Assembly (NCBI GenBank): GCA_965368975.1
Contig: CBDUPA010000013.1
Coordinates: 128,001-192,000, forward strand
Length of the DNA: 64,000 nt
Direction: 5' to 3'
Source: an uncultured bacterium
GTDB taxonomy: Bacteria; Acidobacteriota; Thermoanaerobaculia; Multivoradales; JAHZIX01
Positions 12,594 through 23,257 of this stretch are shown here, piece by piece. The stretch's first letter is position 1; every line of letters starts with the position of its first letter. The notes beneath the pieces were generated by a model that searched no databases, was not told the origin of the DNA, and saw nothing but the letters and a program-made list of their open reading frames with translations. The position numbers and the translations under genes are program-made.

Positions 12594-15308
12594 ATGTCAA
12601 AGATTCGGGTGCAAGACCTGGCACGCAAATTGGGCATGCCGGAACAGGATTTGATGTTCAAGCTCAAGTCCATCGGCGTGCGCGTGGAAGGTGCAGACTC
12701 CCACATCGATACCGACATCCTGCAGGCGGTCCTCACGGGCAAAAAGGTCAGCCATCCCAAGGAAGTCATCCTGCGCGACGAGGAACCCCATGCCCGCTCC
12801 GGCCGCGCCGTCGTGCCGCGCCGCCCACCCGCCAACCCGTTGAAACCGGCGCCCCGGCGTACGATCATCCAGAAGGCGGATTCCCACATCAAGACGCTAC
12901 CGGTTTCGGAGCGGCCGGCGGCTCCCAAGACGCCACCGCCAGCCACCAAGGCAGCGGACGCCGATGCGGCGGCGCGGGCCAGGGCCGCAGACAAGGAACA
13001 AGCAGCCAGGGCAGCCGAAGCTCAGGCTGCGGAAGCCAAGGCCGAGGCGGCCGAAGCTCAGGCTGCGGAAGCCAAGGCCGAGGCGACCGAGGCGCCCCCG
13101 GCCCAGGCAGCGGCGAGCGTGGACACCGCAACCGCCAAGACAAGCGCGGCCGAAGACAGCAAAGGGACGGCCACCAAGGCTGCCCCCAGGGCCACCGGAA
13201 GGCCGGCGACAGGCAAGCCCGCGACGGGCAGGCCTGGCGGTAAGCCCGGCGGTAAGCCCGGCGCGACCAAGGCCGGTCCCGCCAAGGCTGCGGCTTCACC
13301 ACCTCGAGGCGCGGTCAAGCCGGGCGAGCCCCCCAAGCCGAAGCGCCTGGGTCGACGCCAGAATCTGAAGGTTCGTGTCATCAGCGACGAGCCGATGCCG
13401 GGCCTGCGGCCCGTACCCAAGAAGGTCGAGCCGATGAAGCCGACCTCGGTACGCGGCAAGCGGCGCGCCGCCAAGCGCGATGAGCAACCGCCACAGATCT
13501 CTTCGCGTCATGGCGGCCTGGCCTTCAAGGATGCCAGACCGGACAGCCCTGTGATCATCTCCGAGGCCATGACGGTGCGCGACTTCGCCGACAAGCTCGG
13601 CGTCAAGACCAAGGATCTGATCAAGGAGCTGTTCAAGAAAGGCGTGATGGCCAACATCAACGCCGTTCTCGAGCCCGAATTGGCCGAACAGATCGCCACC
13701 GACCTCGGCGTCGAGACCATGGTGGTCAGCTTCGAGGAAGAAGTACAGCTGCAGGAAGAGCTGGCGGTGGCCGACGGCGGCGATCCGGCCGACAGCGAAC
13801 CGCGGGCGCCAGTGGTCACCATCATGGGCCACGTCGACCACGGTAAGACTTCCCTACTCGATGCCATCCGCTCCTCTCGCGTTACCGAGAGCGAGTTCGG
13901 CGGCATCACTCAGCACATCGGCGCCTACGAAGTCGAGATCGAAGGTCGCAAGATCGTCTTCCTCGACACGCCGGGTCACGAAGCCTTCACCATGATGCGT
14001 GCCCGAGGCGCCCGCGTCACCGACATCGTCATCTTGGTGGTGGCCGCCGACGACGGCGTCATGCCGCAGACGATGGAGGCGATCGATCACGCGCAGGCCG
14101 GCGACGTGCCGCTGATCGTTGCGATCAACAAGATCGACAAGGCCAACGCCAACGCCGATCGCGTGAAGAAGGAACTGGCCGACCGCAACCTGCTGGTCGA
14201 AGACTGGGGCGGCAACGTCGTCAGCAGTGAAATCTCGGCGCTCAAGAACCAGGGTATTCCCGAGTTGCTCGAACTGGTCCTCCTGCAAGCCGACCTCATG
14301 GAGCTGAAGGCCAACCCCAAGCTCGCCGCCCAGGGCGTGGTTCTGGAGGCGCGCAAGGAAGCCGGTCGCGGCATCATCGCCGATCTGCTCGTGCAGAACG
14401 GCACGCTGAACGTCGGCGACGCCTTCGTCTCCGGCAAAGCCTGGGGGCGCGTGCGCTCGATGATCAACGATTTCGGCCAACGTATCGACGCAGCCGGTCC
14501 TGCGACCCCGGTCGAAGTCACCGGTTTCAACGACGTGCCGGAAGCCGGCGATCTGTTCCAGGTCCTGGAAGCAGAATCCAAGGCACGCAGCATTGCCGAG
14601 CATCGCCAGCTGGAAGACCGCAAGCGCTCGTTGCAGGCCACACCCCAGCGCATGTCGCTCGATCAACTCTTCAGCCGCATCGAGGCTGGAGAGGTCAAGG
14701 AACTTCCGGTGATCCTCAAGGCGGACGTGCAAGGCTCCGTCGAGGTGCTGCGCGACACGCTCGACAAACTGGCCACCGACAAGGTCAAGGTGCGTATCAT
14801 CCGCTCGGCGGTTGGTGCTGTCACGACCAACGATGTCCTGCTCGCCTCCTCCTCTGACGCCGTCGTCATCGGCTTCAACGTCCGCCCCGAGCGCAACGCG
14901 TCCGAGCTGGCCGAGAAGGAAGAGGTCGACATCCGCCTGCACACGGTGATCTACGAGCTGGCGGACGAGCTCAAGAAAGCCATGGCCGGCATGCTCGACC
15001 CGACCTTCCGCGAGGTCACCAAGGGCCGTGCCGAGGTGCGCGATACCTTCAAGGTACCGAAGTTTGGTGTCATCGCCGGCTGCCACGTGGTCGAAGGTGT
15101 CATCACCCGCAACGCTTCCGCTCGCCTGCTGCGCGACAACGTGGTCGTACAGGAGAGCAAGATCGCTTCCCTGCGCCGCTTCAAGGAAGATGCCACCGAG
15201 GTACGCAATGGCTTCGACTGCGGTATCGCACTCGAACGCTACCAGGACGTCAAGCCCGGTGACGTGATCGAGACCTATGCCCGCGAAGAAGTAGCACCGG
15301 AGGTCTGA
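12594..15308 (+). CDS. infB: Translation initiation factor IF-2
   Basis: [36 protein letters not shown]. Confidence 0.98.
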   Translation: MSKIRVQDLARKLGMPEQDLMFKLKSIGVRVEGADSHIDTDILQAVLTGKKVSHPKEVILRDEEPHARSGRAVVPRRPPANPLKPAPRRTIIQKADSHIKTLPVSERPAAPKTPPPATKAADADAAARARAADKEQAARAAEAQAAEAKAEAAEAQAAEAKAEATEAPPAQAAASVDTATAKTSAAEDSKGTATKAAPRATGRPATGKPATGRPGGKPGGKPGATKAGPAKAAASPPRGAVKPGEPPKPKRLGRRQNLKVRVISDEPMPGLRPVPKKVEPMKPTSVRGKRRAAKRDEQPPQISSRHGGLAFKDARPDSPVIISEAMTVRDFADKLGVKTKDLIKELFKKGVMANINAVLEPELAEQIATDLGVETMVVSFEEEVQLQEELAVADGGDPADSEPRAPVVTIMGHVDHGKTSLLDAIRSSRVTESEFGGITQHIGAYEVEIEGRKIVFLDTPGHEAFTMMRARGARVTDIVILVVAADDGVMPQTMEAIDHAQAGDVPLIVAINKIDKANANADRVKKELADRNLLVEDWGGNVVSSEISALKNQGIPELLELVLLQADLMELKANPKLAAQGVVLEARKEAGRGIIADLLVQNGTLNVGDAFVSGKAWGRVRSMINDFGQRIDAAGPATPVEVTGFNDVPEAGDLFQVLEAESKARSIAEHRQLEDRKRSLQATPQRMSLDQLFSRIEAGEVKELPVILKADVQGSVEVLRDTLDKLATDKVKVRIIRSAVGAVTTNDVLLASSSDAVVIGFNVRPERNASELAEKEEVDIRLHTVIYELADELKKAMAGMLDPTFREVTKGRAEVRDTFKVPKFGVIAGCHVVEGVITRNASARLLRDNVVVQESKIASLRRFKEDATEVRNGFDCGIALERYQDVKPGDVIETYAREEVAPEV
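13014..13085 (+). repeat. Perfect 36-bp tandem duplication inside infB ([12 protein letters not shown] x2)
   Basis: gccgaagctcaggctgcggaagccaaggccgaggcg at 13014-13049 and 13050-13085. Confidence 0.9.
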
Positions 15309-15343
15309 GCGTCGGTCGAGCACCGACTCCCGCTTCTACTGCC

Positions 15344-15700
15344 ATGATCGTCGGAATCTGTGTCTGCGAGCTACACCTCCCCGGAGTGCGTGGCCTCAAG
15401 GGCAAACGAAAAATCATCAAGAGTCTGATCGAACGCGCGCACCAGCGCTTTCGGGTCTCGGCTGCCGAGACCGATTTCCACGACCTCCATCAGCGGGCCG
15501 AAATCGGCCTGGCTGCGGTGGGTCGTCATGAGCGAGATATGGAACGACTCCTCAATCAGCTGCGCGAAGTCTTCGAGAGTGATCCCGAAGCGTTTGTCTC
15601 CCAATGGAGCACAGAATTCGTGCAGCCGGGCGGGGATCCGTGGTCAAGCTACAACGCGAGCTACAATGACAGCGATGGGACAGAGGGGGACGAGTCATGA
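15344..15700 (+). CDS. DUF503 (YlxP-like) protein
   Basis: MIVG...LHLP..LKGKR...F.VSAAE..FHDLHQRA pattern; position between infB and rbfA. Confidence 0.85.
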   Translation: MIVGICVCELHLPGVRGLKGKRKIIKSLIERAHQRFRVSAAETDFHDLHQRAEIGLAAVGRHERDMERLLNQLREVFESDPEAFVSQWSTEFVQPGGDPWSSYNASYNDSDGTEGDES

Positions 15701-16071
15701 ATCGACGGCCCGAGCGTGTCGCCGAGATGCTGCGAGCCGAGCTCTCCGACCTCATGCTCTTCGAAGTCAAAGACCCCCGCGTTCGCCTGGCGTCGATCAG
15801 CGAAGTACGCCTCACTGGTGACCTGCAGCGCGCCCGTGTCCTGGTTTCGGTGCTCGCCGAGGGCGAAGACGAAGCACAGCTCCACGAGCAACGCCGGCAA
15901 GTGATCGAGGCCCTCGACCATGCTCGCGGCTTCCTGCGCAGTCAGCTCGCCAAGCGCACCCGGCTGCGCGTCGCTCCCGAGTTGATCTTCGAACTCGACC
16001 GCGGCGCCGAGCACAGCCAGCGCATCAATGAAATCCTGGAGACGCTCCATGCCGGCGACGAAACTACCTGA
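15697..16071 (+). CDS. rbfA: Ribosome-binding factor A
   Basis: RPERVAE, VKDPRV, ARGFLRSQL, LRVAPELIF. Confidence 0.95.
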   Translation: MNRRPERVAEMLRAELSDLMLFEVKDPRVRLASISEVRLTGDLQRARVLVSVLAEGEDEAQLHEQRRQVIEALDHARGFLRSQLAKRTRLRVAPELIFELDRGAEHSQRINEILETLHAGDETT

Positions 16072-17104
16072 CACGCTTCTGCGGCGCCTACGCCAGGGCA
16101 ACCGCTTCTTGATCACCAGCCATCTCAACCCGGATGGCGACGCCATTGGTTCGTCGCTGGGCCTGGCGCGCATCCTCCGGCGCATGGGCAAGAGCGCGAC
16201 CGTGTGGAGTCACGATCCGGTTCCCAGCATCTACCGGCTGCTACCGGGCGGTGACCGTATCCACACCGGTGACGAACCGCCAGCCGGCTTCCCCGCCACC
16301 TTCAACGCGGTGATCGTGATGGAGTGCCCCAGCCTCGACCGCACCGGGCTGGAAGGCCAGATCGAGAAGCTGACGCTGCTCAACATCGACCATCATCTCG
16401 GGAACCAGCTCTACGGTGCCGTCAACTGGGTCGACTCGGCGGCACCGTCCGTCGGCGAGATGGTCTTCCGCCTGGCACGGGCGCTGGGCGCCGAAGTCGA
16501 CACGGCTGCCGCCACTTGCCTCTACCTGACTCTGGTCACCGACACCGGAAGCTTTCGCTACTCCAACGCTACCGAGCAAGCTTTCCGCGCTGCCGCCGAC
16601 CTGGTGGCCTTGGGCGCGCAACCAGCTCAGGTCGCCGAATGGGTGTACGAGAACCAGCCCGAAGCACGCTTGCGCTTGCTCGCCGAAATGCTCACCACCC
16701 TGGAGCGTCACGCCGACGGCCGCATCGCTACGATCGAGCTGTCGCAGGCCATGATGCACAAGGCTCAAGCCGAAGCAGGGGACGCTGAAGGCTTGATCAA
16801 CTACCCGCGTACGATCGCTGGCGTCCAGGCCGTGGCCATGTTCCGCGAGCGCGAGGACGGTACCTACAAAGTCTCTATGCGCAGTCACGGAGCCGTCGAT
16901 GTCCAGCGCGTTGCCCTGCGTCACGGAGGCGGCGGGCACCAGAATGCCGCCGCTTGTGAAGTCGACGGCAACCTCGCCGAAGTGCGCGCGAAAATGCTCG
17001 AAGAGCTGGAGGCGGCCCTGAGTAGCGCACACCAGGCCGCCCCCACACAGGACAGCGCCACGGAAGACGCCGTGACACCATCCCAGGAGGACGGAGATTC
17101 ATGA
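16049..17104 (+). CDS. nrnA: DHH/DHHA1 phosphoesterase (NrnA-like oligoribonuclease/PAP phosphatase)
   Basis: HLNPDGDAIGS, NIDHH, TDTGSFRY, GGGGHQNAA; ATG at 16049 preferred. Confidence 0.88.
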   Translation: MPATKLPDTLLRRLRQGNRFLITSHLNPDGDAIGSSLGLARILRRMGKSATVWSHDPVPSIYRLLPGGDRIHTGDEPPAGFPATFNAVIVMECPSLDRTGLEGQIEKLTLLNIDHHLGNQLYGAVNWVDSAAPSVGEMVFRLARALGAEVDTAAATCLYLTLVTDTGSFRYSNATEQAFRAAADLVALGAQPAQVAEWVYENQPEARLRLLAEMLTTLERHADGRIATIELSQAMMHKAQAEAGDAEGLINYPRTIAGVQAVAMFREREDGTYKVSMRSHGAVDVQRVALRHGGGGHQNAAACEVDGNLAEVRAKMLEELEAALSSAHQAAPTQDSATEDAVTPSQEDGDS

Positions 17105-18057
17105 AGGACGGGCTCCTTCTGGTCGACAAGCACGCTGGCTGTACGTCGCACGACATCGTGCAGCAGACCCGCCGCTTGGTCGGACAGCGCAAGATCGGTC
17201 ACTGCGGTACGCTCGATCCGAGTGCCACCGGGCTTCTGGTGTTGACGCTCGGCCGCGCGACACGGCTGACCCGTTTCCTGATCCAGGCACCCAAGGTCTA
17301 CGAAGGGCGTATCCGCTTCGGTGCCGAGACGGACACCTACGACGCTGCCGGCGAGACCGTGCACGAAGGCGACACCAGCTCCCTCACCCAGGCTGCCGTC
17401 GAGGAGGCCATGGCGTCGTTGAACGGCACCATCGAACAGGTACCGCCGCGCTACTCCGCCAAGAAGATCAAGGGCCAGAAGTACTACGAGCTGGCGCGCA
17501 AAGGCGAAGAAGTGCCGCAGGAAGCCAAGACGGTCACCGTCTATGAATTCGCCCCCCTCGAAGGCCCCGGCGGTACCCTGGAGGCAGATGAGATCTCCTT
17601 CCGTCTGGCCTGCGCATCCGGTACCTATGCACGCACGCTGGCCCACGATGTCGGCCAGATTGTCGGTTGCGGCGCCCACTTGAGCCAGCTGCGCCGGATC
17701 AAGGTAGGGAGCTTCGAGGTCGAGCAAGCCCAAACCCTGGAAGTCTTGCATCATCTCCGTCAGCAGCTTGAAGAAGCTGGTGACACCGAACGTATCGAGG
17801 GGACGGATTGGCTGGGCAGCAGTTGGATCCCCTTTGACGAGATCCGTCTCCCCTTCTCCGAGGTCACTGCCGACGCGCAGCAAGAGCAGCGTATCCACCA
17901 GGGCCAGACCGTCCTGGTCCGCGATCTCGAAGCAGAAGAGGGTGACTGGGTGAAACTGATCAACCGCCGCCGGCGTTTCATCGCCGTCGGCTCCGTAGTT
18001 GAACGCATCGGAAACCGCGATGTCGGCGTCGTGCAGCCACGGGTCGTCTTCCATTGA
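17101..18057 (+). CDS. truB: tRNA pseudouridine(55) synthase
   Basis: KIGHCGTLDPSATG, QVPPRYSAKKIKG, SGTYAR. Confidence 0.96.
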   Translation: MKDGLLLVDKHAGCTSHDIVQQTRRLVGQRKIGHCGTLDPSATGLLVLTLGRATRLTRFLIQAPKVYEGRIRFGAETDTYDAAGETVHEGDTSSLTQAAVEEAMASLNGTIEQVPPRYSAKKIKGQKYYELARKGEEVPQEAKTVTVYEFAPLEGPGGTLEADEISFRLACASGTYARTLAHDVGQIVGCGAHLSQLRRIKVGSFEVEQAQTLEVLHHLRQQLEEAGDTERIEGTDWLGSSWIPFDEIRLPFSEVTADAQQEQRIHQGQTVLVRDLEAEEGDWVKLINRRRRFIAVGSVVERIGNRDVGVVQPRVVFH

Positions 18058-18136
18058 TCCGCACTCCCGCAAGCACCGTAGCTGTGCTACAATCCGCCGG
18101 TTGAAAAAGTAGAGAGTACGTACGGAGGAGTTTACG

Positions 18137-18406
18137 TTGCCGCAGACCAAGCAAATCAAAGAGCAGATCATCAGTGAGTACCGGGGCCACGAAGGCGATT
18201 CTGGTTCCGCCGACGTCCAGGTGGCCTTGCTCACCAGCCGCATTATCGAACTGACCGAGCACTTCAAGACCCACAAGCACGACCACAACGGTCGCCGCGG
18301 TCTTCTCCAGATGGTCGGCCGTCGCCGCCGACTGCTCGACTACATCAAGAAGCGCGACATCGAGCGCTACCGCGACCTGATCGCGCGCCTCGGCCTGCGC
18401 AAGTAA
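18137..18406 (+). CDS. rpsO: 30S ribosomal protein S15
   Basis: [30 protein letters not shown]; TTG start with GGAGG RBS; extended -10 TGcTACAAT at 18085-18093. Confidence 0.97.
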   Translation: MPQTKQIKEQIISEYRGHEGDSGSADVQVALLTSRIIELTEHFKTHKHDHNGRRGLLQMVGRRRRLLDYIKKRDIERYRDLIARLGLRK

Positions 18407-18652
18407 TCCTCGTCCATCCGGACGACGACCCCACCACCCTATCCAGTCGACCCCCTCAGACCTCACCGCTCAGATTCTCGTCACCGTGGTGCCGCTTCGT
18501 AACGGAACCCGTGTGTCGCGAACCTGGAGGCGGCGAGTGCTCACCAGGGTAAGTACCGGATAGGGTCGTGGTGTATCCACCGGTACCACTAAAGGTACCC
18601 GCGCGCCCCGGTGTCGGGGCCCGCCTTAGCTGATGTTGAAAAAGGAAAAGAA

Positions 18653-20953
18653 ATGAAGCTACGAAGAGAGATTTCCATCGGTGAAGGGACGCTGATCCTG
18701 GAATCCGGCCACCTCGCCAAGCAAGCCGACGGCTCCTGTACCGTCCGCATGGGCGACTCCCTGGTGCTCGCCACCGCCTGCGCCACCAAGAGCGAAGGCA
18801 CCCGCGACTTCCTGCCCCTGACCGTCGACTACCGCGAGTACAGCTCCGCCGCTGGACGCATTCCCGGCGGCTTCTTCAAGCGCGAGGGTCGGCCTTCCGA
18901 AAAGGAAATCATCACTTGCCGCCTGATCGACCGGCCGCTGCGGCCGCTGTTCCCGGAAGGCTACTTCCAGGAAACTCAGATCATCGCTTTCGTCATGTCC
19001 GCCGACGGTGACAACGACACGGACATTCTGGCCATCAACGGCGCCTCCACCGCCTTGGTGCTGTCGGACATTCCGTTCTACCACCCGGTGGGCGCCGTGC
19101 GCGTCGCCCTGATCGACGATGAAGTCATCTTCAACCCGACGAACAGCCAGCGCGACGTCTCCGACCTCGACCTGATCGTCGTGGGCACCGAAGAGGCCAT
19201 CGCGATGGTCGAAGCGGGTGCCAACCAGCTGCCCGAGGACGTCATTCTCGACTGCATCTTCCAGGCCCACGAGAAGGTCAAGGAGATCATCGAAGCACAG
19301 AAGTCGATGTTCATCGAGAGCGGCCTGACCAAGCCGGACTGGGAAGTGCCCCAGCGCTACACCCAGGAAGTCTACGACGAGGTCAAGGCAGCGATCTACG
19401 AGCCGCTGTGGAAGGCGTTGCACACCAAGGGCAAGTTCGAGCGCAAGGCGGCCGCCGGTGAGGTGGTCAAGGGCTTCCTGGAGACCATCCCGGAAGAAGA
19501 CGAGGTGAAGCGCGCTCAGGCCAAGATCGTCGTGTACGTACTGGAAGAAGAGATCCTGCGCGCCGCGATCCTGCAGAACAAGCGCCGTTTCGACGATCGA
19601 CGCCTTGACGAGATTCGCGATATCGAGATCGTCACCGGCTACCTACCGCGGACCCACGGTTCGGCCCTGTTCACCCGCGGCGAAACTCAGGCGATGGCCA
19701 CGGCGACTCTCGGTACCCGTCGCGACGCCCAGATCATCGAGGAGTACGAGGGCGAGTCGCTGCAGAAGTTCCTGCTGCACTACAACTTCCCGCCCTTCTC
19801 CGTCGGCGAGGTGCGTTTCCTGCGTGGTCCCGGTCGGCGTGAGATCGGTCACGGCGTGCTCGCGCGCCGCGCACTGACCCCGGTGCTGCCGCACGAGGAC
19901 GACTTCCCCTATACCGTGCGTGTCGTCTCGGACATCTTGGAGTCCAATGGCTCCTCGTCGATGGCGACCGTCTGCGGTGGTTCGCTGGCGCTGTTCGATG
20001 CCGGTGTACCGATGCTGGCGCCGGTCGCCGGTGTCGCCATGGGTCTGGTCAAGACCGATGACGGCTTCGCGGTGCTGTCCGACATCGCCGGTCAGGAAGA
20101 CCACTACGGTGACATGGACTTCAAGGTCGCTGGTACCCGCGAGGGCATCACCGCCCTGCAGATGGATATCAAGATCAAAGGCGTGAGCCGCGAGATCATG
20201 GGCACCGCCCTCGAGCAGGCCAAGGCCGGCCGCTACCACATCCTCGACCTGATGGAGCGTTCCCTGCCGGCGCCGCGTACCGACCTGTCGCAGTATGCTC
20301 CGCGTCTGCACACCATCGAGATCCAGAAGGACAAGATCCGCGACGTCATCGGCCCCGGTGGCAAGACGATCCGCTCGATCATCGAAGAGACGGGTTGCGA
20401 CATCGAGATCGAGAACGACGGCCGCGTCATCATCGCGTCCCCGGACGCACCGGCGGCGCAACGCGCGATCGAGATCATCGAGCGCCTCACCGAGGTGCCC
20501 GAGGTAGGCAAGACCTATGCTGGCCGCGTCACGCGCATCGAGAGCTTCGGTGCCTTCGTCGAGATTCTCCCCGGCACCGAGGGCTTGCTGCACATCAGTG
20601 AGCTGGCCCCCTATCGCGTCGCCGAGGTGACGGACATCGTCACTGAGGGTGACGAGGTGACCGTCAAGGTGATCGACATGGACCTCGAGTCCAACCGCAT
20701 CCGCCTGTCGCGCAAGGCCGTGATCATGGAGGCGCCGGACTACAACCCGGCCGACTATGAGGGCATGGACGCGCCCGACACCGGCGGTGGTGACCGAGGA
20801 GGTCGCGGTGGCGGCCGAGGCGGTGATCGTCGCGGTGGCGGTGGTGGCCGTCCCGGTGGCGGCGGCGGCGGCCGTGGTGGTCGTCCGGGCGGCGGTGGTG
20901 GCCGTGGCGGTGATCGTCGCGGTGGTGGCGGGGGCCGAGGTGGCAACCGCTGA
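18653..20953 (+). CDS. pnp: Polyribonucleotide nucleotidyltransferase with RGG-rich C-terminal tail
   Basis: RIPGGFFKREGRP, FTRGETQ, ESNGSSSMA, GDMDFKVAG, KH and S1 domains. Confidence 0.98.
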   Translation: MKLRREISIGEGTLILESGHLAKQADGSCTVRMGDSLVLATACATKSEGTRDFLPLTVDYREYSSAAGRIPGGFFKREGRPSEKEIITCRLIDRPLRPLFPEGYFQETQIIAFVMSADGDNDTDILAINGASTALVLSDIPFYHPVGAVRVALIDDEVIFNPTNSQRDVSDLDLIVVGTEEAIAMVEAGANQLPEDVILDCIFQAHEKVKEIIEAQKSMFIESGLTKPDWEVPQRYTQEVYDEVKAAIYEPLWKALHTKGKFERKAAAGEVVKGFLETIPEEDEVKRAQAKIVVYVLEEEILRAAILQNKRRFDDRRLDEIRDIEIVTGYLPRTHGSALFTRGETQAMATATLGTRRDAQIIEEYEGESLQKFLLHYNFPPFSVGEVRFLRGPGRREIGHGVLARRALTPVLPHEDDFPYTVRVVSDILESNGSSSMATVCGGSLALFDAGVPMLAPVAGVAMGLVKTDDGFAVLSDIAGQEDHYGDMDFKVAGTREGITALQMDIKIKGVSREIMGTALEQAKAGRYHILDLMERSLPAPRTDLSQYAPRLHTIEIQKDKIRDVIGPGGKTIRSIIEETGCDIEIENDGRVIIASPDAPAAQRAIEIIERLTEVPEVGKTYAGRVTRIESFGAFVEILPGTEGLLHISELAPYRVAEVTDIVTEGDEVTVKVIDMDLESNRIRLSRKAVIMEAPDYNPADYEGMDAPDTGGGDRGGRGGGRGGDRRGGGGGRPGGGGGGRGGRPGGGGGRGGDRRGGGGGRGGNR

Positions 20954-20999
20954 TCCCTATACCTCTCTCGCCGGCACCACGGGTGCCGGCGGAGAGGGC

Positions 21000-21761
21000 G
21001 TGCACCGGGACGAGCTGGCGTCGTACCTGAACGACTACCTGCGCATCGACCAGTTCAAGGACTACGGTCCGAACGGCCTGCAGGTACAAGGTAAGGAACG
21101 CATCCGCAAGCTCGTCACCGGTGTTTCCGCCTGCCAGGAACTCTTCGTCCGTGCTCGCGAGGCGAGCGCCGACGCGGTGATGGTGCACCACGGGATCTTC
21201 TGGGACTACTCCCCTTCCCCGCTCACCGGTATGCAGTACCGACGCGTCGCCGAGCTGATCCGAGGTGACGTCAACCTCTTGGCCTATCACCTGCCACTCG
21301 ACGCCCACCCGGAGCTCGGCAACAATGCCTTGGCCGCGCGGGCTTTCGGTCTCGAGAACCTCGAGCCCTTCGGCCTCCACAACGGCCAGTACATCGGCTT
21401 CAAGGGCGTCTTCCACGACAAGGTCTCGACCAGCGTCCTGGCAGCCCGCTGCCGTCAGGTCTATGGCGCACGAGAGCCCCTGATCCTCGAAGGCGGCGAA
21501 GACTTCGACATCCGCTCCATGGGCATCATCAGTGGCGGTGCGCAAAAGGAGCTCTACCAGGCCATCGACGCCGGCCTCGATGCTTTCCTCACCGGCGAGG
21601 TCAGCGAATGGGTGATGAACGTGGCGCGCGAGAACCGCATCCACTTCATTTCAGCCGGTCACTACGCCACCGAAGTATGCGGCATCACGGCCTTGGGGCG
21701 CCACGTAGCGGAAGAGTTCGGCATCGAGGTCGAATTCATCGACATCCCGAATTCCGTGTAG
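21000..21761 (+). CDS. Nif3-like dinuclear metal center protein (YbgI)
   Basis: DYGPNGLQVQG, VHHGIFW, YHLPLDAHPELGNN, AGHYATE; GTG start at 21000. Confidence 0.93.
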   Translation: MHRDELASYLNDYLRIDQFKDYGPNGLQVQGKERIRKLVTGVSACQELFVRAREASADAVMVHHGIFWDYSPSPLTGMQYRRVAELIRGDVNLLAYHLPLDAHPELGNNALAARAFGLENLEPFGLHNGQYIGFKGVFHDKVSTSVLAARCRQVYGAREPLILEGGEDFDIRSMGIISGGAQKELYQAIDAGLDAFLTGEVSEWVMNVARENRIHFISAGHYATEVCGITALGRHVAEEFGIEVEFIDIPNSV

Positions 21762-21792
21762 ATCCTTCGCTCTCCCCAGAGGCCAGGGTGCC

Positions 21793-21834
21793 AAGAAGAA
21801 CCGGAGCCTTGCCAGAGGCAGCTCCGGTTTTCTT
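21793..21834. terminator. Bidirectional intrinsic terminator between convergent genes
   Basis: AAGAAGAACCGGAGC...GCTCCGGTTTTCTT inverted repeat flanked by A- and T-rich tracts. Confidence 0.75.
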
Positions 21835-21858
21835 GTGCCATCAAGGACTCCGCGCCTG

Positions 21859-22983
21859 CTACTGAGCTTTGTCACCTCCGTAGTATTCACGGCGCAGAAC
21901 CTCGACCAGCCGCTCGTCGACCAGCCCTGGCGGGTTGCCACTGAAGTCGAGGTCATGGGCTGTACGGAAGGCGTCGACGGCATCGATAGCCTCCTGATCG
22001 TAGCTGCCGTAGGCACGCTGGTAGGCGTGAGCCTTCTCGTTGAATCCCTGCACCGCCTCGAAGAAGGCTTCCGGCTGACTGCGCATCTGCGTGCGGTCCG
22101 CATCGAACTCAGGCGCCTCGGGGAAGCTTTCCAGATCCTTGCGCCAGAAGCCGAGAGCGTGCAGCATGCGCTTCAACTCGACGACGTCATCCCCCTGGAT
22201 CGCCGAGAAGCTGCGGTGCCCTAGACGGTTGGCGGTCAGGTAGTAGATGCGCTTCATCTCGGCGACCGGCGTGGCATGCTCGCCAACGTCGATCGACAGC
22301 GAGATGTGGTCGCCACCGCGTCCGTAGACGCCCGGATCGGCGACCCGGATGGCGGCACTCTGCAGGCGCCCCCAGCGGCCGTCACCGCCCTTGGCTTGCC
22401 CGGCTTCGAGCGCCAGGATCAGGCGCTCGGCCAGCGGCATGTCCGTACCCGCGGTCGACTCGAAATGGTCGCCCACCGCGTCGACGACTTCGCGGCCCAC
22501 CAGGATGTTGCCCTGCACTGTGTAGTTGTCTCCCTGACGGCTGCCCGCCCAGGCATTGTTCTCGCCACCGGTGAAGGCAGCCTTGCGGCCTTCCATATCG
22601 ATCAGGCCGAGCTGGCGCAGCTCGCGGCCGTTGTCCCCGTCCAGCAACTGCTCAATGGCAGCCTCCGGCGCGACACCCTGCTCCAGAAGGTCGAGACCTT
22701 GACGCCCGTACTCCACCACCGTCCAGCTCTGCGTCGCCACCGCGCCGACGCCCGCACGCGCCCAGGGCACGGCCCGCCCGACGAACGGCACCCGCGTGGT
22801 CACCGCCACGCCACTCTCACCGGTCGCGGGATCGATGGCACAGATCGAGAACGTCGCCTCGGCAGGCACAGTACCGAGGACGGCAAGCACGGCAACGAGC
22901 CACAGGGTGGAACTGAAGGGCGAACGACCATGCGGAACAGGACTGTAGCCAGGGGGCAGGAGCGAGGGACGGCGAGACTTCAT
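21859..22983 (-). CDS. Secreted DUF1028 (Ntn-hydrolase-like) protein with C-terminal peptidoglycan-binding-like domain
   Basis: TFSICAIDP, GVGAVATQS, VQGNILVG, GGDGR..LQSAA; C-terminal GDDVVELKRMLHALGF. Confidence 0.85.
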   Translation of the reverse strand: MKSRRPSLLPPGYSPVPHGRSPFSSTLWLVAVLAVLGTVPAEATFSICAIDPATGESGVAVTTRVPFVGRAVPWARAGVGAVATQSWTVVEYGRQGLDLLEQGVAPEAAIEQLLDGDNGRELRQLGLIDMEGRKAAFTGGENNAWAGSRQGDNYTVQGNILVGREVVDAVGDHFESTAGTDMPLAERLILALEAGQAKGGDGRWGRLQSAAIRVADPGVYGRGGDHISLSIDVGEHATPVAEMKRIYYLTANRLGHRSFSAIQGDDVVELKRMLHALGFWRKDLESFPEAPEFDADRTQMRSQPEAFFEAVQGFNEKAHAYQRAYGSYDQEAIDAVDAFRTAHDLDFSGNPPGLVDERLVEVLRREYYGGDKAQ

Positions 22984-23257
22984 GGAGAACCTCCGAGCGT
23001 CGTGGTTTCGAGGAATCAGACGAGGGAACCAAAGAACAGTCTACCTGGTCCCCTACCACACGACGAGTAGAACCCATGCTTGAGAGTTGGGAGCTTGAGA
23101 ACTCTTGGGTTATGATGGACCTGCTATTTGCATGACTTCTGCAGACAGCCGGTAGCCCAACAAGATATCCCAGAGGAAGACCCCATACCAGAGGACCAGA
23201 TCCAGAGACAGGCGCAGGGATAAGCTCTGGCGACTGTCTCGGGAGGGAGAGAGAGCT

